Below, piece by piece: positions 50,350-58,885 of a stretch of 64,000 nucleotides of DNA; position 1 is the stretch's first letter, and every line of letters starts with the position of its first letter. The DNA is from Oscillospiraceae bacterium (GTDB lineage Bacteria > Bacillota > Clostridia > Oscillospirales > SIG627). The position numbers and the translations under genes were made by a program. Location of the stretch: positions 475-64,474 of the forward strand of contig SVQQ01000007.1 of the NCBI GenBank assembly GCA_015065265.1. Reading direction: 5' to 3'. The notes beneath the pieces were generated by a model. That model worked only from the letters and a program-made list of their open reading frames with translations, searched no databases and was not told the DNA's origin.

Positions 50350-50378
50350 TTGATTTATTTTTGCCTTTATGATAAAAT
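50350..50378 (+). promoter_or_regulatory. Candidate sigma-A promoter of the M23 peptidase gene
   Basis: TTGATT, a 17-nt spacer, then TGaTAAAAT (extended -10). Confidence 0.5.
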
Positions 50379-50419
50379 AACTACACTAAGAAAGATATGC
50401 CATAAAGGAGGTGTTACCC

Positions 50420-52177
50420 ATGGGACAGGATAATCTCGAGAACTCTCAGACAGCGGAGTCTTCAACTATCAACGAAAGTGGAAGAAGACCTGCGAGAAGA
50501 CAGACTTTTACCGGTCTTTACCGTACGTTCAGGCGTTCGGGATTGGGTAAAATCGACTCGGCATTCAACGCTCTTTACATATGCCAGACCAACAGGTGTT
50601 GTCGTGAGAACTTGAATTCCAACAACGTGGGCGACGGATTCTTTAGTCATCCCACAGGTTATTACAGTTCCAAGGCAGAGAGCATCAGACGTGCGGCGAA
50701 AACAAGAACTCTTAGTTTTCTTGAAAGGGTTGCGAAAATTCTTTCCCCTCTTACAAGAAGTGTTGAGAAAAAGGGCAATTCACCTGTAATTTTCGACAAC
50801 AGTGAGGCTTGTCTTAAAAAGGCGCTCTGCTTGTTAAAACGCTCTTCAAAGGCGGTTTGTGTAACAGCTGCTGCACTGCTTTTCGCAATTTCCATTTACA
50901 TAAACAGTCAAAAGAACACAGTTGTGGAAGTTAAGATAGACGGTGTGGTAATTGGCGAAGTTAAGAGTCTTGAAACGGTAGACACCGCGCTCGACCGAGT
51001 TAATGCCAAGATTTCTTCTCTTATGGGCGAGGTTTTCACTTTCCCTCATGAAGTTTCCTTTACTATAAAGAACAAGAACAGTTCCGATTGTATGGATATA
51101 GACAGCGTTTGCGACGTTTTATATACTTACACTGAAGAATACATAACCACAGCCTATGGGTTGTACGTTGATTCTCATCTTATTGCGGTTTTGAATTCCA
51201 GAGACGATATTGTATCCGTCCTTGACACCGTTAAATCCGAGCACATGGCACTGACGGGTGAAGATGAGGATATTGCAAATAATATCGAGATAAAGTATCA
51301 GGAATACGCTAAAAACAGTATTATAGACAAGGAAACACTCGTTTCTATGTTCTCGGTTGTCCCTGAAAAGAAAGAGGATAACGCAAGAGTTGACGCGCTT
51401 CTTTCTTCTAACGAAAACGTTTCCTTTACTCTTGGCGGCGAGATTGTACCCCTCGGACAACGCCTTGCAGAAGCGGTATCCGGCGAAGAAGGACAAAACA
51501 CAATCGTCCTTGACTTTGTAACTTATGAAGAAGTAACTCTTCGAGAGACTGTTCCTTTTGAGACCGAGTATATTACCGACGACACTTATTATACAAGTCA
51601 GAAGGTTGTACAACGTTCAGGTAAAAACGGAAAGGCTAGTAACACTTACCGAGTAAAATACGTAAACGGAGTTGAAGACTCCCGAGTACTTATTAATTCT
51701 ACAACTATTCAGGAAGGACGTTCTTGCATTATAAAGGTTGGAACGAGAATTCTTCCCGAAACTATGACCCTTGATGAAAATGACGGAAAATATATGATAA
51801 ATCCTGTTCCCTTGGCGTATGTCAGCGACTACTTCGGTTGGCGTACACTTAACGGAAGACGTACTTATCACCAAGGTCTTGACCTTGCCGCCATGAAGGG
51901 AACTCCCATTTATGCTGCGGCATCGGGAGAAGTAATTTTGGCAAGTTACAGTTCTTCCTACGGATACGTAGTGAAAATTGAACATGCCGACGGACTTGTT
52001 ACCGTCTATGCCCATTCTTCAAAACTCCTTGTAAAAGTTGGAGACGTAGTTGAACAGGGCGAAGAAATCGCCAGAGTTGGCTCAACAGGTTATTCCTTTG
52101 GATACCACTGTCATTTTGAAGTTATAAAAGACGGAGAAAAGGTTGACCCTGAAGATTATATTTACACTCTTGAGTGA
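50420..52177 (+). CDS. M23 family metallopeptidase with G5 domain and membrane anchor
   Basis: ATG at 50420 lies 8 nt after AAGGAGG; the ORF-track GTG at 50411 is inside the RBS. The G5-like segment is QKVVQRSGKNGKASNTYRVKYVNG. The M23 motifs are HQGLDLAA...HFEV. Confidence 0.8.
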   Translation: MGQDNLENSQTAESSTINESGRRPARRQTFTGLYRTFRRSGLGKIDSAFNALYICQTNRCCRENLNSNNVGDGFFSHPTGYYSSKAESIRRAAKTRTLSFLERVAKILSPLTRSVEKKGNSPVIFDNSEACLKKALCLLKRSSKAVCVTAAALLFAISIYINSQKNTVVEVKIDGVVIGEVKSLETVDTALDRVNAKISSLMGEVFTFPHEVSFTIKNKNSSDCMDIDSVCDVLYTYTEEYITTAYGLYVDSHLIAVLNSRDDIVSVLDTVKSEHMALTGEDEDIANNIEIKYQEYAKNSIIDKETLVSMFSVVPEKKEDNARVDALLSSNENVSFTLGGEIVPLGQRLAEAVSGEEGQNTIVLDFVTYEEVTLRETVPFETEYITDDTYYTSQKVVQRSGKNGKASNTYRVKYVNGVEDSRVLINSTTIQEGRSCIIKVGTRILPETMTLDENDGKYMINPVPLAYVSDYFGWRTLNGRRTYHQGLDLAAMKGTPIYAAASGEVILASYSSSYGYVVKIEHADGLVTVYAHSSKLLVKVGDVVEQGEEIARVGSTGYSFGYHCHFEVIKDGEKVDPEDYIYTLE

Positions 52178-52178
52178 T

Positions 52179-52596
52179 TGTCTCTTTGGTGAAAATACAG
52201 AAATGAAATGATATTATAAAGACATAGTAAAGCGTAGTCTTTAAAAAAGGCTACGCTTTATATATTTGATATTCTAGTGTGTATGTTGTAAATGCAGAGT
52301 GCAAAATGCAAAATGCAGAATAAAGGAACAAATGCTTCGCATTTGAGTTAATTTTATTATACGTTTAGCGGATTTTCCGCTAAACTTATAATTATTGAAG
52401 ATTTGCAAAGCAAATCAACCTTAATTCTGCACTCATCATTCTGCACTCTGAATTATATTAGCGATTTTCCCTCAAAGATACTCTTCTCTTTTCATTTAGG
52501 CTGTGTGTTGAAAGTTTGAGTCTCTTTGGCTAAAACCGAAATGAAATTATAATAAATAGTAAAGCATAGTCTATAAAAATAGGCTATGCTTTATAT
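52179..52596 (+). repeat. Repeat locus F: m1-m2-palindromic element-m5-m1-m2, starting 2 nt after the M23 stop
   Basis: m1 lies at 52179-52209 and 52518-52547, m2 at 52228-52260 and 52560-52593, and m5 at 52461-52517. Confidence 0.9.
52290..52452 (+). mobile_element. ~163-bp palindromic MITE-like element (full copy, reference orientation)
   Basis: The left TIR is TGCAGAGTGCAAAATGCAAAATGCAGAATAAAGG. The right TIR, reverse-complemented, is TTCAGAGTGCAGAATGATGAGTGCAGAATTAAGG, matching at 27 of 34 positions. Three internal hairpins are centred on GTTTAGCGGATTTTCCGCTAAAC. Confidence 0.6.
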
Positions 52597-52614
52597 ATTT
52601 TCTTTTTTGTTTGG

Positions 52615-53358
52615 TTACATATCTAAAGTTTTGAAGGTATAGCCTTGGCTTTTTAACGTTCTAATAAACTCACCTAAAATTTTGGCATTGGTGGAAGAAG
52701 TGGGGTGGAGCAGAATTACAGCACCGTTGTGCATACGTGACAAAAGTTTATTTATGGCGGCATCGGGGGACATCTGTGCCTTTTCGTCCCAATCTGCATA
52801 GGCGAGACTCCAAAATACCGTTTTATAGCCTAATTCCTGCGCCCATTTCAGATTTTGTTCCGAAAATGCACCGCAAGGGGGTCGGTAAAACTTTGCCAAA
52901 TCTTTTCCCGTCTTTTCTTTAAAGTCCTTTTCAAGACCTTCTATTTCTTCCTTGAAACTTTCAAAGTCACTCATTTTTGTCATATCCTTGTGATGAGACG
53001 TGTGGTTCGCACATAAATGTCCGTCTGACACGATTGAGTCAAGGTATTCACCGTTTACTACGGTGTGTCGCAAGAGGAAAAAGGTTGCCTTTACGTCTTC
53101 CTCTTTCAAGGTGTCGATGATTTTTTTAACGTTTTCGTTTTCGTATCCTAAATCAAAGGTTAGATATACGCTTTTTTCATCTGGACCTATATAAAAACCG
53201 CCGTATTCGTCTAAAAAATGTCCCTCAACTGCCCCCGACGGACGAGTGTTGTCGCAGGTGGGGTTGTAGTACCACTCTATACGCTTTGTGCCTGTACTTG
53301 CTAAAACGCCTGTTGACAGAAGGCAGACACAAAGAAAAATATTGATAAGTTTTTTCAT
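52615..53358 (-). CDS. Polysaccharide deacetylase family protein (PdaA-like), secreted
   Basis: Has a signal peptide, an NodB-type motif (YLTFDLGYE) and the His motif CANHTSHH. Confidence 0.8.
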   Translation of the reverse strand: MKKLINIFLCVCLLSTGVLASTGTKRIEWYYNPTCDNTRPSGAVEGHFLDEYGGFYIGPDEKSVYLTFDLGYENENVKKIIDTLKEEDVKATFFLLRHTVVNGEYLDSIVSDGHLCANHTSHHKDMTKMSDFESFKEEIEGLEKDFKEKTGKDLAKFYRPPCGAFSEQNLKWAQELGYKTVFWSLAYADWDEKAQMSPDAAINKLLSRMHNGAVILLHPTSSTNAKILGEFIRTLKSQGYTFKTLDM

Positions 53359-53535
53359 TTTTTCACCTGTTGTTTTTACTTTTGGGGAACTTTTGTTCCC
53401 TTTTTATATTCTGCCCCGAAAGGAAAGATTGTTTCGTGACTTCTGTCAAAATCTCTTTTTTAAAAAACACTTTATTTTTGTAAAAAATTATGGTAAACTA
53501 CAAATATAAAAGAAAAGATAAAGGAAATTTTTGTT

Positions 53536-55569
53536 TTGAAAAAATGCGAACTTTTAGCCCCTGCAGGTTCATATGAAGCCTTTGTTGCGGCAATAAAAGC
53601 AGGTGCCGATGCCGTTTATCTCGGTACAGGAAGCCACAACGCCAGAATAGGCGCGAAAAACTTCACCGAAAATGAACTTGAAAGAGCCATCGGTGAAGCA
53701 CGTCTTTACAACAGAAAAGTTTATATAACTCTAAACACTCTTGTTTCCGACAGGGAAATGGGCGACGTTCTTTCTTCTGTTAAAACCCTTTTACAAATGG
53801 GCGCAGATGCCTTTATTGTACAGGATTTAGGACTTATTTCGGCAATAAAGGAAGCCTTCCCTTGTGCCGAAATTCATGCAAGTACCCAGTGTGTCACCCA
53901 TAGCTTAGAACAGATAAAAGCCCTTGAAACGCTGGGCGTTAAAAGAGTGGTTTTGTCACGTGAACTGGACAGGGACAACATAAGACATATTTGTCGTACG
54001 TCCAATTTAGAAATTGAAGTTTTCGTACACGGGGCGCTATGTGTCTCGCATAGCGGTGGATGTCTTTTCTCTTCTCTTGTAGGAGGGAGAAGCGGTAACA
54101 GAGGCGAATGTGCTCAGCCTTGCCGACTTCCCTATACAGTTAAAAACCTTGACAACAAATACCCTTTAAGTCTGCGTGACCTGACCTTGTCAGAGCACGT
54201 TGAAGAACTGCTTGAAATGGGAGTAAACTCCCTTAAAATAGAGGGTAGAATGAAAAGTCCCGACTACGTTTCGGGAGTTGTGTCGGTGTTCAGACGACTC
54301 CTTGACGAAAAGAGAAATGCAACGCCCCAAGAAGTAACAGAACTTGAAAAAATATTCAGCCGACAAGGCTTTACCGACGGTTATTTTAAGAAGCGTTTAG
54401 GACGGGATATGTTCGGTGTCAGACGTGACCTTGACAAAGAGAGGACAAGAGAGATAGAAAGCGTAACTCCCACTCTTCCTAAAATTCCCCTTCAGGCAAA
54501 ACTTGAGGTTCTTAAAGATGGCGGAAGCCTTTCTTTTGAAAGAGAAGGATATTTTGCAAAGGTTTCACTCCCCGCTCCAAGTCCTGCTGAAAAACTTGCC
54601 CTTGATTATAATTCCGCCTATGAACAGGTGTCAAAACTCGGCGCAACGCCCTTTGAAATAGAGACTTTCAACTTTTTTGCAGACGGTGAATACTTCTATC
54701 CAAAGTCTGTTTTGAATGGCGCAAGGCGAGAGGTGGCGGAGAAACTTTATAAAAACATCACAAAAAGAGAAGAAAACGTAAATCAAAATCCCCTTAAACC
54801 TATTTTGCCCGAAATGAGCGAAAAAAATGAAAACGTTTTGATTTTCGCTCCTCACAGAAAGGTGACAAACGAAGAGATTTCCTCTCTTCTAAGCCTTGAT
54901 ATCCAGAGAATTTACCTTCCTGCATTCAGATTCCCCGAGAAAATTAAAAACATAGGACAAATTGGTCTTGTGTTGCCTACAATTCTATTTGATTCTCAAA
55001 GGGAAGAATTTGAAAAGGAACTTGTAAGGCTTAAAAAGCTTGGCGTAAAGTATGCCTACACTGAAAATTTAGGTGTAGGGAAAATCGCCATAGAAAAAGG
55101 CTTTATTACTCTTGCGGGACCTCGCATGAACGCATATAATTCAAGGACTGTAAAAGTTCTGAAAGATATGGGATTTTCGGGGGCAATTCTCTCTCACGAG
55201 ATGCACCCTTCGGCAAGGCGTGACACAGTTAAGAGTATGCCGACAGGTGAGTTTATCTACGGTCGTGCACCCCTTATGACTATGGAAAACTGCGTTATGA
55301 ACATAAAGGACTCTTGCCAAGATAAATGCGACTGGCACACTTGTCAAAAGGGCTTGACTTTGCACGACAGAAAGGGTATCGACTTCCCCGTTTTCCCTGA
55401 ATTTTTCCATAGATGTCAGATTTATAACAGTGTGCCTACCTTTATTGCCGACAAAGAAAGTTTTGTAAATTACAGGGCAATTCTTATAACTGATGAAAAG
55501 AACGTTTTTGACACAGTTAAAAAGGTGTTGAATGGCATCTTGCCTGAAAGGTATACAAGAAAAGGATAG
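53536..55569 (+). CDS. U32 family peptidase/collagenase-like protein
   Basis: 677 aa. ELLAPAGSYEAFVAAIKAGADAVYLG and the conserved Cys cluster (ECAQPCRLPY) are typical of U32. Confidence 0.85.
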   Translation: MKKCELLAPAGSYEAFVAAIKAGADAVYLGTGSHNARIGAKNFTENELERAIGEARLYNRKVYITLNTLVSDREMGDVLSSVKTLLQMGADAFIVQDLGLISAIKEAFPCAEIHASTQCVTHSLEQIKALETLGVKRVVLSRELDRDNIRHICRTSNLEIEVFVHGALCVSHSGGCLFSSLVGGRSGNRGECAQPCRLPYTVKNLDNKYPLSLRDLTLSEHVEELLEMGVNSLKIEGRMKSPDYVSGVVSVFRRLLDEKRNATPQEVTELEKIFSRQGFTDGYFKKRLGRDMFGVRRDLDKERTREIESVTPTLPKIPLQAKLEVLKDGGSLSFEREGYFAKVSLPAPSPAEKLALDYNSAYEQVSKLGATPFEIETFNFFADGEYFYPKSVLNGARREVAEKLYKNITKREENVNQNPLKPILPEMSEKNENVLIFAPHRKVTNEEISSLLSLDIQRIYLPAFRFPEKIKNIGQIGLVLPTILFDSQREEFEKELVRLKKLGVKYAYTENLGVGKIAIEKGFITLAGPRMNAYNSRTVKVLKDMGFSGAILSHEMHPSARRDTVKSMPTGEFIYGRAPLMTMENCVMNIKDSCQDKCDWHTCQKGLTLHDRKGIDFPVFPEFFHRCQIYNSVPTFIADKESFVNYRAILITDEKNVFDTVKKVLNGILPERYTRKG

Positions 55570-55571
55570 TT

Positions 55572-56129
55572 ATGAAAATAATACTTGCTTCAAATTCCCC
55601 TCGCAGAAAAGAAATTCTTTCAAGTTTCGGCTTTGAGGTGGTGACAGTACCCTCTGCACCCGAAAATCCTCCGCCAGAAAACTTGACAGTGGAAGAAAAG
55701 GTGTCCTTCCTTGCCCTTGAGAAAGGACTTGACGCAGAAAAACTTTACCCCGATACTCCCGTTGTCTCTGCCGATACGGTGGTGGTTTTGGGGGAGAGTA
55801 TTATGGGAAAACCCAAAGACCGACAAAACGCCTTCGAGATGCTGCGCGCCCTTTCGGGCAAGACTCATAAGGTCATTACCGCCTATACTCTCTTTTATAA
55901 AGGGCAGAGGGTCAGCAGAAGCGTTGTTACCGACGTAACCTTTTATGAACTGACAGATGAGGAAATTTTAGATTACGTCGACACAGGAGAAGTTTATGAC
56001 AAGGCAGGTTCGTACGGTATTCAAGGAAAGGGCGCAGTTCTTGTGAAGGGCATACAAGGCGACTATCTTAACGTTGTGGGATTTCCTCTTTCTGATTTTT
56101 ATCGCTCTTATCTCTGGGCTGTCAAGTGA
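55572..56129 (+). CDS. maf: Maf-like nucleoside triphosphate pyrophosphatase
   Basis: Contains ILASNSPRRKEIL...SADTVV...DKAGSYGIQG. Confidence 0.9.
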   Translation: MKIILASNSPRRKEILSSFGFEVVTVPSAPENPPPENLTVEEKVSFLALEKGLDAEKLYPDTPVVSADTVVVLGESIMGKPKDRQNAFEMLRALSGKTHKVITAYTLFYKGQRVSRSVVTDVTFYELTDEEILDYVDTGEVYDKAGSYGIQGKGAVLVKGIQGDYLNVVGFPLSDFYRSYLWAVK

Positions 56130-56140
56130 GAAAAGAATAT

Positions 56141-56169
56141 AAAAAGTGCAGTTATAACTGCACTTTTTT
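56141..56169 (+). terminator. Intrinsic terminator after maf
   Basis: AAAAAGTGCAGTTA/TAACTGCACTTTTT palindrome followed by a T run. Confidence 0.8.
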
Positions 56170-56175
56170 GACACT

Positions 56176-56303
56176 TTTAGCGGAAAATCCGCTAAACACG
56201 GAGAATGTTTTTTCAAAAAAGAGACAAAAAAGTATAGCCTGTTTATATAGGCTATACTTTTTAAAATCTAAATAAACTTTTTTAGGCTTTAACCAAAGAG
56301 ACG
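56176..56303 (-). repeat. Repeat locus H (minimal): GTTTAGCGG-type hairpin, m2, partial m1 abutting the mgtC stop
   Basis: TTTAGCGGAAAATCCGCTAAA lies at 56176-56196. The m2 variant AAAAAGTATAGCCT/AGGCTATACTTTTT lies at 56227-56265. The m1 remnant GGCTTTAACCAAAGAGACG lies at 56285-56303. Confidence 0.8.
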
Positions 56304-57005
56304 TCAGAAACTAATTGCTTTGATTTCTTTTTCTGCATTAAAGAGATCAAGCACCTTCGCCGCATCAAGATCAGCATCTCCTGCAACCGACATAATAATA
56401 GTGAATACACCGTCGTCGCCAAGGGAAATTTTAGTGTCTCTTACGACGATATTGTTTTCTGCAAGAACTTCTTTAAGTCTTTCTATTGAAGCGTCGTTGT
56501 TTTCAAGTCTTATAACTACGTCAAAGGAATTGTCGTTGGCAAGGATTTTGTCAAATCCGATAAGGAAGGTATGGAAAAGAATCTGTATTACGATAATTAT
56601 AACCGTTGCCACAACACCCGTTATGTAAAGTCCGCAACCGATTGCGAGTCCTACGCCCGCTGTCGCCCAGATACCTGCCGCTGTGGTAAGACCTTTAATA
56701 TTTGTGCCTTTAACGAAAATCATACCTGCGCCAAGGAAGGATATTCCCGTTACAACGTTTGATGCAATTCTCGATGCGTCTGCTCGAAGTCCCTCAAACT
56801 GCAAGATATCAAAAAATCCGTATTTTGACACTATAATAATAAGGGCTGCGCCTAACGCAACGATTACGTGAGTTCTGAATCCTGCGTCTTTCTGTCTCAA
56901 AGTTCTTTCTATTCCTATTGCGCCACCGCAAAGACAGGCAATAAGTATTCTGATTATGTACATCCATTCGGAATTAACGTCTGTAAAAATCTTCAAAAAT
57001 TCCAA
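56304..57005 (-). CDS. mgtC: MgtC/SapB family membrane protein with C-terminal ACT-like domain
   Basis: Has 4-5 TM helices with GAIGIERTLRQKDAGFRTH, the MgtC family signature. Confidence 0.8.
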   Translation of the reverse strand: MEFLKIFTDVNSEWMYIIRILIACLCGGAIGIERTLRQKDAGFRTHVIVALGAALIIIVSKYGFFDILQFEGLRADASRIASNVVTGISFLGAGMIFVKGTNIKGLTTAAGIWATAGVGLAIGCGLYITGVVATVIIIVIQILFHTFLIGFDKILANDNSFDVVIRLENNDASIERLKEVLAENNIVVRDTKISLGDDGVFTIIMSVAGDADLDAAKVLDLFNAEKEIKAISF

Positions 57006-57102
57006 TTCTGCTTTCTCCTTTTAAAGTTTTATACATTGTAACATAAAAGAAAGCAAAATACAAGTGTTAAATCTATGTAAAATTATTTTTTTGTTATTTT
57101 TG

Positions 57103-57942
57103 TATTTTTGAGGGAAAATCGCTAATATAATTCAGAGTGCAGAATGATGAGTGCAGAATTAAGGTTGATTTGCTTTGCAAATCTTCAATAATTATAAGTT
57201 TAGCGGAAAATCCGCTAAACTTATATAAAAACCAACTCAAATGCGAAGCATTTGTTCCTTTATTCTGCATTTTGCATTTTGCACTCTGCATTTACAACAT
57301 ACACACTAGAATATCAAATATATAAAGCGTAGCATATTTTCATAAGCTACGCTTTACTAAATCTTTATACTAACTTTTCATTTCTGTATTTTCACCAAAG
57401 AGACGAAAATTTAAGCACACAGCCCGAAAAGAGAAGAGTATCTTTGAGGGAAAATCGCGGAGTGCGAAGGCGTCGGCGTACAATGGTACGCCAGTCCGAG
57501 CAACACGCGAAGAAATGAAATTGGAATAATTAAAAAGAAGTTCGTGAGAACTTCTTACATTAAAAGAGTTGTACAAAGAAAAAGAAAATAAATAAAGCGT
57601 AGCCTTTTTTAAAGACTACGCTTTACTATGTCTTTATAATATCATTTCATTTCTGTATTTTCACCAAAAAGACGAAAATTTAAGCACACAGTTTAAATGA
57701 AAAGAGAGAGTATTTTTGAGGGAAAATTCGCAATCCCGAAGCCCCGTCGCTGTACTTACGTACAGCAGTGCGAGGGAGGGCGAAAGAAATGAAAATAAAT
57801 CAAGAAAATTTCGAAGAAATTTTTTCATCAGAAGAAGTGTAAAATAACACAAAAAAACAAATAAAGCGTAGCATATTTTCATAAGCTACGCTTTACTAAA
57901 TCTTTATACTAACTTTTCATTTCGGTTTTAACCAAAAAGACG
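57103..57942 (-). repeat. Repeat locus G. From the fba stop on the minus strand: two full m1-m2-m3-m4-m5 units, then m1-m2-palindromic element-m5(partial).
   Basis: m1 copies lie at 57915-57942, 57641-57674 and 57375-57405, a period of about 270 bp. m2 lies at 57862-57895, 57593-57625 and 57323-57356. m4 hairpins lie at 57749-57766 and 57475-57492. m3 lies at 57802-57826 and 57535-57556. Confidence 0.92.
57131..57293 (-). mobile_element. ~163-bp palindromic MITE-like element (full copy)
   Basis: About 95% identical by eye to the reverse complement of 52290-52452. Confidence 0.6.
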
Positions 57943-57957
57943 ATAAAAGATACTAAA

Positions 57958-58821
57958 TTACGCTTTGTTGGCTGAGCCGAAGAGAGTGATCTTTTCCCTT
58001 ACAGTTTCCTTTATAGCCTCAACGCCGTCTGCAAGGAGTTTTCTGGGGTCAAAGCCCTTGCCCTGAAGGTCTTTTCCTGCTTCAACGTACTTGCGGGTAG
58101 CGGCAGCGAATGCAAGTTGGCACTCGGTGTTTACGTTAATCTTTGAAACGCCAAGGTCGATAGCCTTCTTAATCATTTCTGCAGGGATACCTGTACCGCC
58201 GTGAAGAACAAGGGGCATCTCTCCAACCTTTTCGTTTATCTTTTCAAGGGTGTCAAATCTTAAACCGCCCCAGTTTTCAGGATATTTACCGTGAATGTTA
58301 CCTATACCTGCGGCGAGCATTGAAACGCCAAGGTCGGCAATCATCTTACACTCGTCGGGGTCAGCGACTTCCCCGCCGCCAACAACTCCGTCTTCTTCGC
58401 CACCGATTGCACCAACTTCGGCTTCAAGGGAGAGACCCTTCTTTTCGCAAACTTCTACAAGTTCACGTGTCTTTGCGATATTCTCTTCGATGGGGTAGTG
58501 TGAACCGTCGAACATAATGGAAGAGAAACCTGCTTCGATACATTTATATGCGCCCTCGTAAGAGCCATGGTCAAGGTGGAGAGCAACGGGAACTGTGATG
58601 CCAAGTCCCTCAATCATACCTTCAACCATATTTACAACTGTTTTAAAACCGCACATATACTTTCCTGCTCCCTCTGAAACACCGAGGATTACAGGGGATT
58701 TCATTTCTTCTGCGGTGAGAAGGATAGCCTTTGTCCATTCAAGGTTATTGATATTGAACTGACCTACTGCGTAATGACCTTCTTTTGCTTTTTTGAGCAT
58801 TTCTTTTGCTGATACTAACAT
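57958..58821 (-). CDS. fba: Class II fructose-bisphosphate aldolase
   Basis: Begins MLVSAKEMLKKAKEGHYAVGQFNINN and contains HLDHG and LHGGTG. I prefer the start at 58821 because AGGAGA lies 7 nt upstream. Confidence 0.9.
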   Translation of the reverse strand: MLVSAKEMLKKAKEGHYAVGQFNINNLEWTKAILLTAEEMKSPVILGVSEGAGKYMCGFKTVVNMVEGMIEGLGITVPVALHLDHGSYEGAYKCIEAGFSSIMFDGSHYPIEENIAKTRELVEVCEKKGLSLEAEVGAIGGEEDGVVGGGEVADPDECKMIADLGVSMLAAGIGNIHGKYPENWGGLRFDTLEKINEKVGEMPLVLHGGTGIPAEMIKKAIDLGVSKINVNTECQLAFAAATRKYVEAGKDLQGKGFDPRKLLADGVEAIKETVREKITLFGSANKA

Positions 58822-58885
58822 AATCACATCTCCTAACATTTTTCTTTTTACATTATACAACAAAAACTACAAAAAATCAATATAT

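Noticed and set aside
50040-50410. Possible c-di-AMP (ydaO-type) or other riboswitch in the 370-nt region upstream of the M23 peptidase gene
   Set aside because: Only a short AATCGCT match was seen. None of the conserved ydaO cores or pseudoknot helices could be found. The region is better explained by a promoter at 50350-50378.
53955-53975. parS-like TGTCACGTGAAC inside the U32 gene
   Set aside because: Only the CACGTGAA core matches. The flanks do not fit TGTTNCACGTGAAACA.
57094-57325. ORFs of 60-65 aa crossing the palindromic elements (also 33811-33999 and 34163-34348), which look conserved between loci
   Set aside because: Their conservation simply mirrors the repeat. They exist on both strands of a palindrome, have no RBS, and are Cys/Phe/Ile-rich translations of the TGCARAA heptamers.
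57103-57942. Could the regularly spaced arrays be CRISPR?
   Set aside because: The period is about 270 bp and the whole unit is repeated. There are no unique spacers, the arrays occur in both orientations at many loci, and no cas genes are present.
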